In this document: piece after piece, positions 13,766-26,759 of the stretch
How positions within the stretch are numbered: the stretch's first letter is position 1
Layout: the number at the start of each line of letters is the position of its first letter
NCBI RefSeq assembly: GCF_001194135.2
Contig: NC_068981.1
Span: 101,697,939 to 101,761,938 of the forward strand
Reading direction: 5' to 3'
DNA: 64,000 bases
Source: Octopus bimaculoides
Taxonomy: Eukaryota
Translations under genes and position numbers: made by a program
Notes under the pieces: generated by a model
What the model was told of the DNA's origin: nothing
What the model saw: the letters and a program-made list of their open reading frames with translations, nothing else
The model's database searches: none

Positions 13766-14014
13766 CAGTGATTCTCAACTATTTTTTGCTTATGGACCCT
13801 TTGATTCCAATTTTGCATGAGTGGACCCTTATAGCCATTCAATGTTTAAAAAAAATCCTATTTTTATAATTAAATATTATTAGGAATTGCATAAAAAAAA
13901 TAAAAATAAATTTTGTGTATTATAAAAGTATAATTGATTTATAGCATGTAACAAAATTTAATATGGACCCCCCCCGCCCCCAAGGGTCATGTGGATGCTG
14001 GTTGAGAACCACTG
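13766..14014. mobile_element. hAT (Charlie-like) MITE, 249 bp
   Basis: Ends cagtgattctcaact and ggttgagaaccactg are a 13/15 inverted match to each other; flanking 8-mers attaaagt and atctaagt match 6/8 (target-site duplication). Confidence 0.8.
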
Positions 14015-15642
14015 ATCTAAGTAAATATTTTCACATCCACACATTGTTTAAAACATGAATATATATGTGTACATGAAGGCATATTTATGTGAGAGTGTAG
14101 CATATATATGTTCTGGGCTAAAGTTAATGTTTATCATATCTCTCAAATGACCACTAATTCCATATATTATACTATCGATCCTAGTTGTTCTCTCTCTGTC
14201 TCTCTCTCTTTCTGTGTGTTTGTCTATCTTTTGTGAACATCACCATACAGCTGTATAAGTGTATCATGGTAACACCTGTTGCTTACTCCTTATGTCTCTC
14301 TCAGTTTGACCATCAGCATGTTTGCTTATCATGGTGAGCTCTGGCAGTCTATTTGGCCATAACCATATCTATCATTCATAGTAATCTCTGCTGGTCATTT
14401 ATGCCTGTCATTTAGACAGTTTGACCATCACCACATCTGTCTATCACGGTAGCTTCTGTTGGTCACTCCTTACACACTCAACAGCTTTGAATCATTAACA
14501 AGCTTTGCCATATCTTTTATCTGGCTCTAGAAATCCTGTTTCCGATCATTGAATTATCACCTTACCCCACATATAACTAATCCCAGCTTGTTCTTTTAAT
14601 CTTCAGTGAAAGGAAGAGGAGAAGAACATGATATTTTTTTTTAAATTTTACATATTCATGAAGAAGGCTCAAACCCATAGGGGAGGAGAAATAAAACATT
14701 GTGACACTTAGACCTTTCTCAAAGACATACAATAGTGAAAAATAAAAAAAAATTCTGCTTCTCACTTGGAAATGAAGCAGGTTCTTATACTAAAATACCA
14801 CTGTGCCCACCAGAAAGTAAAAATAAGCTTAAAAGCAAATTAAAAATAAACATATAGAAAGACATCGGATATACAATTAAATCATAATTAAATTCTTTTA
14901 AAGAATCTATCAGATGTTTCATTCTTAGAGTGTGGTATGTAAACAGATTCAGTGGATTTTTATAAATGTTAGAAACAATATTTATATAATTACAAGCTAC
15001 TGATAAAAAAGTATAATAACCAAATTTCTTTCATTCGTATAAACAAAAATATTAAAAAGAAACAAAACGTTTTAATGATTTAGATATGCTTTTAAAGATG
15101 TGGGTGTTTCACAAGATTGAATGCATTAACAGTCTAAAGATTTTTCTATTTTCTATTTAACAATTAACATAGAAGAAAGGTTACCAAATTAATTAAAAAA
15201 AAACAAAGCAAAAAAGTTTTTGAAAAATAAAGGAAAATGCTAACAATAAAGATTATATATATATATATATATATATATATNNNNNNNNNNNNNNNNNNNN
15301 NNNNNNNNNNNNNNNNNNNNNNNNNNNNNNNNNNNNNNNNNNNNNNNNNNNNNNNNNNNNNNNNNNNNNNNNNNNNNNNNNNNNNNNNNNNNNNNNNNNN
15401 NNNNNNNNNNNNNNNNNNNNNNNNNNNNNNNNNNNNNNNNNNNNNNNNNNNNNNNNNNNNNNNNNNNNNNNNNNNNNNNNNNNNNNNNNNNNNNNNNNNN
15501 NNNNNNNNNNNNNNNNNNNNNNNNNNTATTAAAAAAAAAAAAAAAAATTAAAAACCTGAAACCAAAACAAAACAAAGAAAACAAAAAACAAACAAGAGCA
15601 GTGAAAGAAAGAGAAGCTAAATCATGAAAATAGAATTAGAGC

Positions 15643-15673
<31 letters not shown>

Positions 15674-15711
15674 CAATAACCTCAACAATAATTGAAATAT
15701 TATTATTGATA

Positions 15712-16241
15712 TTAAAGTTCAGCATCTCCACGCCGCCTACGGGTCATAACTTCTTCATAAGTGGGCAAATCAGAAGTGGATGATATAATTACAGGTGAGG
15801 TGGATGGTCGGGGTGGTACAACTGGTAAGGCTGGTGGCGAAGATGGCAGCACTGTTGGCTGCAGGACACCCCACGTGTCCACACGCTGCTGCCCGAGTGC
15901 GGATGTCGGTGACAAGGTGTTGGAAGCAGTGGCACCACCGCCACCACTGGCACCACTAACACCACCAGTAGCACCACTGCTTCCTGGTGGAGGTGGATGT
16001 ATTTCTGCCCAACTGACGCACTCTAAAGCTGACGTCGACGTCTGGGGTGACTGCATCATAAAGCTGCTCCCACCGGTGGCTCCGCTAACTTCGGAAGGCG
16101 GGAAAGGGTCTAGTGTTGTCATAGTGGACAATTCTTCAGCAGGTTTTTGAAAACTAAAATCAGTGAGACATATTGCGTTTCCTCCAGTGGTGTCTTGGGG
16201 TTCTGGTTGGGCCGAAAATGATGATACAGAATCGAGGGAAT
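15712..16241 (-). CDS. LDLa single-pass membrane protein, terminal coding exon (cytoplasmic tail)
   Basis: Acceptor ttttttag then AT at 16241; the phase-1 join G+AT gives Asp. Open frame SLDSVSSFSAQPEP...PALPVVPPRP...DLPTYEEVMTRRRRGDAEL* with TAA at 15714-15712; GC-rich against AT-rich flanks. Confidence 0.9.
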
Positions 16242-16385
16242 CTAAAAAAGATAAAAAGAAAAGCAATATATATATAATAATAATAATAAAATTAAAAATA
16301 TAAATTGATAAAAAAAGAAAAAATGGTTGTAGTAAAAACTTGCAATGACTATAGTGATATCTATATCTATTTATACATATATATT

Positions 16386-16792
16386 CTTTTCTTTTACTTG
16401 TTTCAGCATTTAACTGTGGTCATGCTGGAGCACCGCCATAAAGGATTTTTAGTGAAAGAAATCAACCCCAAGACTTATTCTTTGTAAGCCTATTACTTAT
16501 TCTATCAGTCTCTTTTGTCAAACTGCTAAGTTACAGGGATGTAAACACACCAACATCGGTTGTCAAGTGATGGTTGGGGGCAAACACAGACACACACATA
16601 AATATATACATACATATATATATATGTATATATACAACCAGCTTCTATCAGTTTCCGCTTATCAAATCCACTCACAAGGCTCTGGTCAGCCTGCAGCTAT
16701 AGTAAAACACACTTGCCCAAGGTACTATGCAGTGGAACTGAACCTGGAACCATATAGTTGGGAAGCAAGCTTCTTAACACACAACCATGCCT
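16386..16792 (-). mobile_element. tRNA-derived SINE, family B
   Basis: Head tggctgtgtgg...ggttcagt, a ccttgggcaagtgt block, internal (TA/CA)n, and tail ending gaaacaagtaaaaga. Confidence 0.85.
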
Positions 16793-17063
16793 TTTGTTAT
16801 TCTCTATTGGTTTCTGGTCATTGGATTAACAGTGAATAATCAAAAGAAGTATTAGACTATAGTTACATATAAACACATGTATACTCTTTTCTGCACAATG
16901 CATCAAGTACCTAATGTTTTCTAGTGTAAGATCATAAACAAACCCTCTGTGTGTGTGTGTGTGTGTTTGTTTCATTGGACATGTGGGAATGCATTAATAA
17001 GTTTGTTCTGGGCTTGATCCTACTACATTGTATTTTGGGCAATTATATTCAACCAGTCTCATG

Positions 17064-17116
<53 letters not shown>

Positions 17117-17607
17117 TAAATCTTTCATGCCATGATCGTTTTCACCTCTGCTCATCTTCAGGTGTTGTTATAGATTATTTATAGTTTTCAATCTATATAG
17201 AATGGCATCACTAAGCATTAAGTCAGTTATATGTAATGAATATTAAGTTATCTTATAGTTATGTGCAACAATAAATAAGAAAGTGAAATTGAAAAATATT
17301 TGTCAATATTCAGTGGTTGTTGTATGACATTATTTTGTATTGGCGTTACACTTTATAGTAAATGTAAGGAGAACACATATACATTGATTATTCAGCTTGT
17401 ATTATTGAAAGGAAGGTTTTCTACATTGTAAATTTTTGAATGCATTAGCAAGAACTTTAAACTATTTACTAGGCTCTTCTATTTGCATCACTATCTTGAC
17501 TATCCATCACCAGTGCTCTCTCTCTCGCCAACTAACATTACCCCCACTGCTTACTGACTAATGTTACCACCCTCTTATACACTACTACCTGTCACTCCTT
17601 CTCCTTT

Positions 17608-18003
17608 GTTGTTGTTGTTGTTGTTGGCACTCCGTCGCTTATGACGTCGAGGGTTCCAGTTGATCCAATCAACGGAACAGCCTGCTCGTGAAATTAACGT
17701 GCAAGTGGCTGAGCACTCTACAGACACGTGTACCCTTAACGTAGTTCTCAGGGATATTCAGCGTGACACAGTGTGACAAGGCTGACCCTTTGAACCACAG
17801 GCACAACAGAAACAGGAAGTAAGAGTGAGAGAAAGTTGTGGTGAAAGAGTACAGCAGGGTTCACCACAATCTCCTGCCGGAGCCTCTTGGAGCTTTAGGT
17901 GTTTTCGCTCAATAAACACTCACAACGCCCGGTCTGGGGATCGAAACCGCGATCCTATGACCGTGAGTCCGCTGCCCTAACCACTGGGCCATTGCACCTC
18001 CAC
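17608..18003 (-). mobile_element. Full-length tRNA-derived SINE, family A, with TSD
   Basis: Head gtggaggtgcaatggcccagtggttagg (A box) and ggtttcgatcccc (B box); (caa)n tail; flanked by about 14-bp actccYtctccttt repeats. Confidence 0.9.
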
Positions 18004-18369
18004 ACTCCCTCTCCTTTAGATTACTCATTTCTAGCATCCATTGCACTCTCTCACAACTGGCCATTTCTATGACTAACCTTCTCCTGTAAACATGTAACTA
18101 CCATTATTGTCTCCCTTCTATTGCACCCTGCCTTTACTATTCCTCATAACCCCTCTAGCACTGTCTTACCTATTTCCACACTGTACCCCAATCATATTTC
18201 CTCACTCTATACTGTCTTCGCTCCACCCCACTCTTACTGAAGTTCATCTACTATAATCACTCCCACTCTCTTCTTCTCACACTATTAATCATATGCTGCA
18301 CAAACAGTGACAGCACAGAAGATTGAGGATCTTATGTTGCAGGATACCAAGTAATCTCACTAGTGCTGG

Positions 18370-18775
18370 TGCTATGATAAAATGCATCCAATACACTTTG
18401 TAAATTGGTCAGTAAATGAGCAGAGACAGTGTATGGCCAAGCAAAGACAGTGAAGGCCCAGCAGAGACAGTGCAGGGCCAAGCAGAGACATAGTAGGGCC
18501 AAGCAGACCCTTTAGACTTTTCAAAGATATGAAGATCCCTTTAGTACCAGTGCCAGGATAAAATACAAATCCAGCAGACTCTGTAACGTAGTTGGTGTCA
18601 AGAAGGGAATCTAGACATAAATCATACCAAAATAAAACACATGAATGAAATGTGGTTGGAGGAGCATGCCTAGGGTGGCTGTAAATCCAATTAAAAACCA
18701 TCTTGAACTATGACAGCTCATTCAACCCATGCCAGCATGGAAAGCATGCATAAAATGATGATGATGATGATGATG
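18370..18775 (+). mobile_element. RTE 3'-end derivative containing a 21-bp minisatellite
   Basis: Ends caacccatgccagcatggaaag...(gat)n like the RTE copies; about 4 units of gcagagacagtgNagggccaa at 18420-18508. Confidence 0.65.
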
Positions 18776-20940
18776 CAAACACTTTTCTGTCTAATCAATA
18801 TTATAGTGATGTCTTTGTTGTTCATCTCCTCTGCTTATTTAACAAATAAGTGTGATATTAGTTGTCTAATTGTCATTTAATTGCTAAACTTGATTTTAAC
18901 ATCATTAATCACATACTATAAAACTGAAAGACAAATTATAAACAGGAAAAACTAAAAACAAAAAAAAACATACATGAACTAGATGGAATTGAACCCTCAA
19001 TCTCTAATCTAATAAAACCAAAGCTAAAATCCCTTTACTCTGCTAGAAACAGTATTAGGAATTGAGAAAGGTGCTTGTTATTTAGAGGAAAGAAAGATTT
19101 CACAGGAGTTCCAGTTTTGTGTTGTTTCTAAAAATCTTTCAAAATTTCATTTCATTCTCTTATTTTTTTTTTATGATAGAGATACAAAAGAACAAATAAG
19201 AACCCTGTTTATGCTTGCCTGAGTTACTAGAAATAGCAGTCAAATCTTCCTAAAATCACACCTGCTGTCATAAAAAAATAGACACATTGGATAATGTATC
19301 TTACTTTTTCAGCATGCAGACATACAAGAGCCAATACATGTGGCAGCTCAACCAACTAGAGATAGCAGCTAAATCACCCTCAAATCACACTCTGCTCTCT
19401 TAAAAATGAAGGCCACATACAATAATCTAATCTGTGTGTCTGTAAAAGGAGAATGATAGGATGGTCACAATTTTAATACTCCATCACAGATCCGCAAATT
19501 CAGAGCCAATCTAGCATTAAATTGTGATTGCATTACAGTTGTGTGTGTGTGTGTGTGTGTGTGTGAGTTATTTCTTTATATTAGATTTAAGATATAGTAG
19601 TCAACTTTATAAATAACAGAGAAATGAATAAACAAATACCAAAAATATTTCTTGTTCCTTCTGTTCAGAGTTTAAAACAAATGCACAGCATGATGATTTT
19701 GATATTAATTTTATTGCTAGACATAACAAATTAAATTGAAATGAAAAACAAAAGCAAAAACAAACCAAAACATTAACAGAATTAACAACAGCAACAAAAT
19801 GAACTTCAATTACAAGAATATCTGTAACAGAGTAAACAATAATAATGCAGAAATGTTTGATTGCTTTTTAATTTACATGCTTTCTTAAGTCATCAAATTT
19901 TGTTGTTTGTAAAGGAAAACTAAAACATGGAATGTTAAAAACAAAAAAATAAATAAAATTTGATTGTTTGGTTAACTGAATAAGAAAACGGGGAATATGA
20001 AGAAGAAAGGTGAAAATAATAATTAAATAAATAAAATAAAATTATGTATTTGATTGTCAAACAAATTGTTTGTTCTGATTTAAAATTTTAGATTTTCTGT
20101 CTTTAAAAAAGAAGTTAGTTCACAGAATAATTAAAAGAAACAAACATGAAGAATGACTGGTCAGGTCAGGTTACAGGACCCCCACATCTATACTCTCCTG
20201 CTACTGTTCATATTGAGCACCCAAAAACGAGTTGAAAAGCACCCACATCTTCAGGTTAAGATTGCCTTAGTTTTTTTTTTTTTTTTACAAACTTTCTGTT
20301 ATATGTTGCCTATATTCCATACCTAACTGTGCCTATGTTATTTTAACTTCACCAAAAAATCCATGGCACCACAGATGTGTGATTTTATCAGTCTGTCTGA
20401 TTTTCAAATGATGGTGAATCTCAGTTCTTTGTCCTCCACTTCATCATCTTTGTTCTTTTTGGAGGAGTGTCATTGTTGTTCAGTGGAACTTGTTCCTTTT
20501 AATGTATTCTAGTTGTTTTATGTTGAATTTTCAGTTTTTGAATATTTTTCTACCTTGGAGTTTTCTTCAACAATTTGTGCTCTTTCTTCAGAAAACATTA
20601 TTTCCTTTGCACTACTTTGTGATGGAGTTATGCTACACTTGCTGCTGTTACAGGACAGGGTATTTGTGGGCTTGTTTTTAAGACAGGGCAGAAAGAAATT
20701 TATACTGTTGTTCTTGAAGTTTTGACTGATAGCGTTCTGGAAACAGGTTTGTAGCCCTTGTTGCTGTCTTGGTTTGTCACCATTACTTTCCTTTTCACTA
20801 AACTTTGTAGTTCTTCAGAGTAAGAGGTTCTGAAAAGGTTTTTACTATGACAAATATACCAATTAGGTCTTTTGCCCTGTATTGTTAACCTCATTACTCA
20901 GCACTTTCATCTGGGCACAGCTCTGGAATAGATTTGTGGT

Positions 20941-21032
20941 CATACATGAACTGTGCTCAGTTGAATGAGTAATTTTGATTTTGCTTCATACATGAACTGT
21001 GTTCAGTTGAAGGAGTAATTTTGATTTTGCTT
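20941..21032. repeat. 46-bp tandem duplication
   Basis: catacatgaactgtgYtcagttgaaKgagtaattttgattttgctt twice, 2 mismatches. Confidence 0.95.
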
Positions 21033-22156
21033 CATTACATATCACCTCTCTTTAGATATGTTTTAGCTACTTGCCAACATTGTGATACAAAACTGACGAC
21101 CAGCCACAAATCTCCATTGTTTCCAATGTCTGTTATCACCACTTTAGTAAAAGAAAAATTCCTTTGGTAATGCTATATGGTCTACCTTCAGAGCAAAATA
21201 AACATATGTATGCTTTGAGAACTGATAGGAATAATAATAATAACGATAATAATCCTTTCTACTAATGGCACAAGGCCTGAAATTTTAGGGGAGGAGACTA
21301 GTTGATTACAACCACCTCAATGTTTCACTGGTACTTAATTTATCAACCCCAAAAGGATGAAAGGCAAAGTTGACCTCAGCAGAATTTGAACTCAGAACAT
21401 AGGAGTAGATGAAACATTGCTAAAAATTTCCCCCAGCATGCTAATGATTCTGCCAGCTCATCGTCTTAACAACAATAATAATAATCCTGTCTATTATAGG
21501 CACAAGGCCTGAAATTTGGGGGAGGGGATAGTCGATTACATCGACCCCAGTATTCAACTAGAACTTAATTTACTGATCCTGAAAAGATGAAAGGTAAAGT
21601 TGACCTTGGTGGAATCTGAACTCAGAACGTAGCAACAGGTGAAATACCACTAAGCATTTTGTTCAGATGATTACCTATCCAGATGATGGTTGAGTGGACA
21701 ATGCAAGAACAAATGACAAAAAAAAAAAAAGAATATAATAAACAGGTATGAAATAGTAATAAAAATACTGAATTTCTAAGAGCAGATTAAGGCCCGTAAA
21801 TCTGGGTGGATATTAATTGGTTCTTTATTTTATCAACCCCAGAAAGATGTCAAGTTAACCTTGGTAGGATTTGCACTCTGAACATAAAAGAACCAGAAAT
21901 ATTGCAAAGCATTTTGTTCATGATCCTGCTAATCCACTGCTATTATCTTACATCAGTAAACATTTGGAAATTTGGGGAAGAGAAGTACATTCGTAGAAAT
22001 TGTCCTAAATACACAACTGGTACATACTTTAACTCTTCTACTCTCCAAGATGGAAGACAATGTCAGTGCCACCAAAGTTTGAACAAAAAATAATAATGCA
22101 TGTGGAATTTATCTGTTTCAGCTGTCTCGAAACACAACTTATTGACGTGAAATATA

Positions 22157-23071
22157 TTGGGTCATCCTATAAATAATGCAGTTTTTCCAATTGCATGAAC
22201 TAAAAGTCAGAGGGGGATGGGATAAACTACTTGCATCAACTTGCTATAAAAGCAGGTAGTAATTTTACCTTGTACTTATTGTTAGTGCAAATTTTGAAGA
22301 GTGCAGTTCAATTTTAACAGTTATTTTTTCGAAGATATAATGGAAGTGACAAAGGAGCATATTCAGCATATTTTGCTTTATGAGTTCAATAAAGGCAATA
22401 ACGCAATGGAAAGTGCAAGGAATATTAACGCAATATATGGGGATCAGACAACAAGCGTAAACCAGTGTCAATGGTGGTTCCAGAAATTCTGAGCCGGATA
22501 TTACAGCCTAGAAAAGTCTCGTCCTAGAAGATCTGTAGAGTTCAACAGGGATGTCCTGTAAACCCTGGTGGAACAAAACCCCATTGTAACTATTGAGGAG
22601 TTAGCAGAGAAGCTTGGATTTGGTCATTCAACCAGTCATTCAAGTCAGCGCTAGAAGAAAGATGACAATCTTTGGTTTCAAGACAAAAGGTGTTCTCCCA
22701 TCAGGATAATGTTTGGACACATTGAGTGAGGATGATATTCCAAAGGCTGGAGCAATTTGAATTGGAAACAATGCCCCACCTACCATATTCGCTAGACATT
22801 GCCCCGTCTGATTATCATTTATTCTGCAATCTTTAAAATCATTTGGATGGAAAAAATATGAATTCTGTAAACAAGGTCAGAACAGTACTGGAGGAGTATT
22901 TTTCATCACAGACAAGTGAATTTTAGAAGAGGGGCCTTCCAAGTCTACCAGATAGATGGAAGAGCATTTTAGAAAATGAAGGAGAGTATATTTTAGATAA
23001 AAAAAACTTTGTCTTAATTTTCAAAAATAAAAGAGGTATAAAAAAACCTCACTATTTATGGGATGATCCAA
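22157..23071 (+). mobile_element. Internally deleted mariner (DD34D-type) element with both TIRs
   Basis: TIRs ttgggtcatcctataaataatgcagttttt and aaaaacctcactatttatgggatgatccaa. ATG at 22340 gives MEVTKEHIQHILLYEFNKG...WWFQKF (HTH); later HQDN and PYSLDIAPSDYHLF (YSPDLAPSD-like) and ENEGEYILD. The WVPHEL/first-Asp region is missing, and there are stops. Confidence 0.92.
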
Positions 23072-23727
23072 GATTTCTGCCATTAAAATTCAAGTACATG
23101 CATCAAATGTTGCATAATAATTAAGTTTCTGAAACCAGTTTACTACACATGCTTAGTCAGTTCAAAATGTGAAGCCCAACATTCCACAGCTGATGTTATT
23201 AAGCCCCAGATTAGAGTTCTGACTGAGCAGATCTATGATTAAGGAAGGCATTTCTGTCCCTTTTTTTCCTATGTACTCTGTATCTAAAGCAACATTATCC
23301 AATGTGTTCTGCGTTGTAAGACCTAACATAATTTGAGGGAGATTTTGCTGCTAGGTTGAGCAACCACACAGAGGTTCTCTTGCAACAGAAATTCTTGTAG
23401 ATGCTGTTATTAAAAGGTATTTCAACTGACTAGTGTGAGGCAAACTTTCTATCAATTCACAAACTTTGGCTCTGTGAATATATATATCTTGAGGTGGATG
23501 GAAGAATCAGTCGGGTATCAGATACAATGCCTTGTGATATTAAGTTATGCATTTTAAAATTGTGTTTAATTCCTGTCATGCTTGGCTTTGCTTTTCCCCA
23601 TTCAGGGTTGATAGAATAGGACTAGTTGCATACTGTAGTCAATATAATTCACAATAATCCTACTCCAAAACTTTGTGAGCTAAAATCTGGCGCAAAAATA
23701 AAAAAAAAAGGAAAATGAATAACTAAC

Positions 23728-23910
23728 CAGAGTCCCAGGAGACAGCCCGCATCGTGTACTTTTGAAAGTGACACACACAAGCCAGTACTCCAAGCAATAC
23801 TAAGATTACCATCACTCCAATGACAAGTTTCCTGAAGAGTTCGGGAAAGTTGTCTTTCCGTCGGGGTGGACGCTCTTTCTGCTCATCAATTTCATTTTCC
23901 GGTGTCCGAC
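23728..23910 (-). CDS. LDLa single-pass membrane protein, transmembrane exon
   Basis: Acceptor ctattttcag and donor GTTAGT, 183 nt, phase 1-1. T+GT completes the sixth LDLa Cys; encodes RTPENE...LVIGVMVILVLLGVLACVCHF-QKYTMRAVSWDS. Confidence 0.92.
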
Positions 23911-24175
23911 CTGAAAATAGAAGCATGCTTTTAATAATAATAATAACTCAGGTTATATCTAGAGATATATTTGATGCAAAACAACTGAATTAGACTTAGT
24001 AGAACTTGTAGGTTTTCAGAAATGATAAATATAACTTACTATAATTAACCATGTCTCTGGATTGGATGACCTTAAATTCTATCAAAACTCTTCTGCTTTA
24101 AATTTCTATTTAAATAATGTTGTTTAGAAAGAGCTCAACTCTCATCATGAAGACTTATGTTCAAAAACCATTCTA

Positions 24176-24340
24176 CATCATCATCATCATCATCATCGTC
24201 GTTTAGCGTTCGTTTTCCATGCTAGCATGGGTTGGACAATTTGACTGAGGACTGGTGAAACCAGATGGCTGCACCAGGTTCCAATCTGATTTGGCAGAGT
24301 TTCTACAGCTGGATACCCTTCCTAACGCCAACCACTCAGA
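24176..24340 (-). mobile_element. RTE 3'-terminal fragment
   Basis: (cat)n followed by ttttccatgctagcatgggttggac...ccttcctaacgccaaccact; similar tails at 28690-28806, 35290-35430, 58965-59180 and 61665-61800. Confidence 0.8.
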
Positions 24341-24670
24341 AATTTTATTTATCAGGCACAATATATCTAGAGCTTCAGTAACTAATGTATCCTTCTTTTT
24401 TGTGTTTTAAAGATAGTAGAATGAGAGTTTGGTTGCTTTTTCTAATACACTGAGCAATGTTATAGATGTTGTCTTGTAAACAAATTACAGATTTTCACCT
24501 CCCTCTGGTAGTCATTGTTTAACATAAGTCTATAAGAAAGGTTTATCTCATCACAAATACTACAATAACTGGCTCATCAACAGTGTATGTACAATAAGTA
24601 TGGTACATAGAAGGTTATTTAAATTAAATACCTCCTCAATTGCATATACTGGACATATATGTATGTATAT

Positions 24671-24718
<48 letters not shown>

Positions 24719-24719
24719 C

Positions 24720-25053
24720 TGTTGTGTCTGGGAAGAGTCATTCTCTTTTGGTGCCTTATAATTTAACACACTCACCGGTAAAATTTCCACTTATTTCTTT
24801 CTTTATTTTTCTAAAATTTTCATTGCATCTTGCAACCTTTTCAATAGTTTTGACTGTCCGTTATTCACACTGCCTTCCTTTTTGTTTGTTTGTGCACATG
24901 TGTGTGAGTTAGTGTGTGTTTGTGCATATACATGCATGTATGTATGTATGTATGCATACATGTGTGTGTATGCATGTATTTATGTATGTATATGTGTACA
25001 TTTGTATGTATGTATTCTGCATGTTCATGTGTTTGCGTGTCCATGTTCGTGTG

Positions 25054-25089
<36 letters not shown>

Positions 25090-25110
25090 AATGAGTGTGT
25101 TTGAATATAA
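24720..25110 (+). repeat. Solo copy of the microsatellite-containing element that forms the 32.2-33.6 kb foldback
   Basis: gttgtgtctgggaagagtcattctcttttggtgccttataatttaacacactcacc...gcatcttgcaaccttttcaatag followed by (tatg)n/(tg)n. Confidence 0.85.
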
Positions 25111-26270
25111 CCTTCCTGTCAATTGTTCTCAACTTTTTATAAGCAATATAAATATTTCCTCTTGGCTAGACATATTTTTGTAGAACGATACTGCTTTATG
25201 ATTTTGTTCATTTACAACTATTACATGATATCAAGACAGGGTGACACAAAGAAGCACACATACACATGATGGGCTTCTTTCAGTTTTCAACTATCAAATC
25301 TATTCGCAATGTTTCGGTGAGTTTAAGGCTATTTTAGCAGAAGAGACTTACTCAACGTGCCATGCAATAGGCCTGAACTCAAAACTACATTGTTGGGAAC
25401 ACACTTTTCAACCATACAGCCATGCCTCTATGCCTACAATATGGATACAAACACATGTCTCTAAGTTCAATATACATACACACATAAAGATATTTAGGCT
25501 TAAGAATAAGTAATGATTTCCTGAAATCAGGAACATTAAATCATAACTTGATCATTAGACTGAGAGAGCAAGACAACATTGAACATGCATATATGTATAA
25601 TGAGTTAATAATTTCAGTGATACAGCTACCTTAATATTGTAAAACAGAGACATTGCAGTGAAATAAAGGAACTGGATGTCGTATTTTCAAGTTTCATTGA
25701 TTCAAAGATTAGTTCTTGAAAATGACAGACTAGATATTATTAAAGACAAGACATAAATATAATGTAAAATTTCAATATTTCAACTGAATTGGTTAGTTGG
25801 AGAATAACCCAGAAGGAAATTGCCACGTCTTGTGCCTGAACAGAAAACGGTTTGTGAATACATCTGTTGCTAAAGAATGGTTTTAAGTTGGCAATTAATG
25901 TTTAGTTTCTATTGAAAGAGATAAGAAACACAAACAGAAGAAATATAATAGACATTTATAAATCATTTATAAATTTCATCCTTTGGGACTTCTCAGAATA
26001 TGTAATCTTTTGGAGTTTAGAATCACAAGGATGTTCATTACAACACTCTCTTTCTCTCTCTGTCTATGTATGAATGTATGTATGCATGCCTGTATGTATG
26101 TTTGTGTATATGTATACATATGTGCATGTGTATCTGTGTATTTCTTTACACTTGCTCTCAAAGAAAGTCACTTGCTACAGATAATGTTTTTGTTGTTACT
26201 TCTTCCATTGAGAAGTCATCTGCTTAACTTTGCATCTTTGAGAACATATGGGATAATGGTTTCATTACCA

Positions 26271-26677
26271 TTTTACTCTTTTACTTGTTTCAGTTATTTG
26301 ACTGTGGCCATGCTGGAGCACTGCCCCTAGTCGAGCAAATCAACCCCAGGACTTATTCATTGTAAGCCTAGTACTTATTCCATCAGTTTTTTTTTGCCAA
26401 ACCACTAAGTTACAGGGATGTAAACACACCAGCATCGGTTGTTAAGCGATGTTGGGGGGACAAACACAGACACACAAACACATACACACTCACATACCTA
26501 TATATATACATATATACGACAGGCTTCTTTCAGTTTCCGTTTACCAAATCCACTCACAAGGCTTTGGTCGGCCCAAGGCTATAGTAGAAGACACTTGCCC
26601 AAGGTGCCACGCAGTGAGACTGAACCCAGAACCATGTGGTTTGTAAGCAAGCTACTTACCACACAGCCACTCCTATG
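26271..26677 (-). mobile_element. tRNA-derived SINE, family B
   Basis: Same head, body and tail as 16386-16792; further minus copies at 28075-28366 (truncated by a gap) and 35983-36384. Confidence 0.88.
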
Positions 26678-26759
26678 CCTATTAGAAAATTTGTAAAACT
26701 GGCAAGTGTAAGTGCCTGAATAATCTGAATAATATATATATATATATATATATATTTAT

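Noticed and set aside
15761-16150. 129-aa plus-strand ORF
   Set aside because: Antisense shadow of the GC-rich terminal exon; no independent support.
17940-18003. tRNA-like sequences at SINE heads
   Set aside because: A/B boxes without a complete cloverleaf, attached to SINE bodies; not tRNA genes.
20775-20825. CUGAAGA-acua/uagu-GAAA hammerhead near-match (minus)
   Set aside because: No valid stem III or U16.1 in register with stem I; probably chance.
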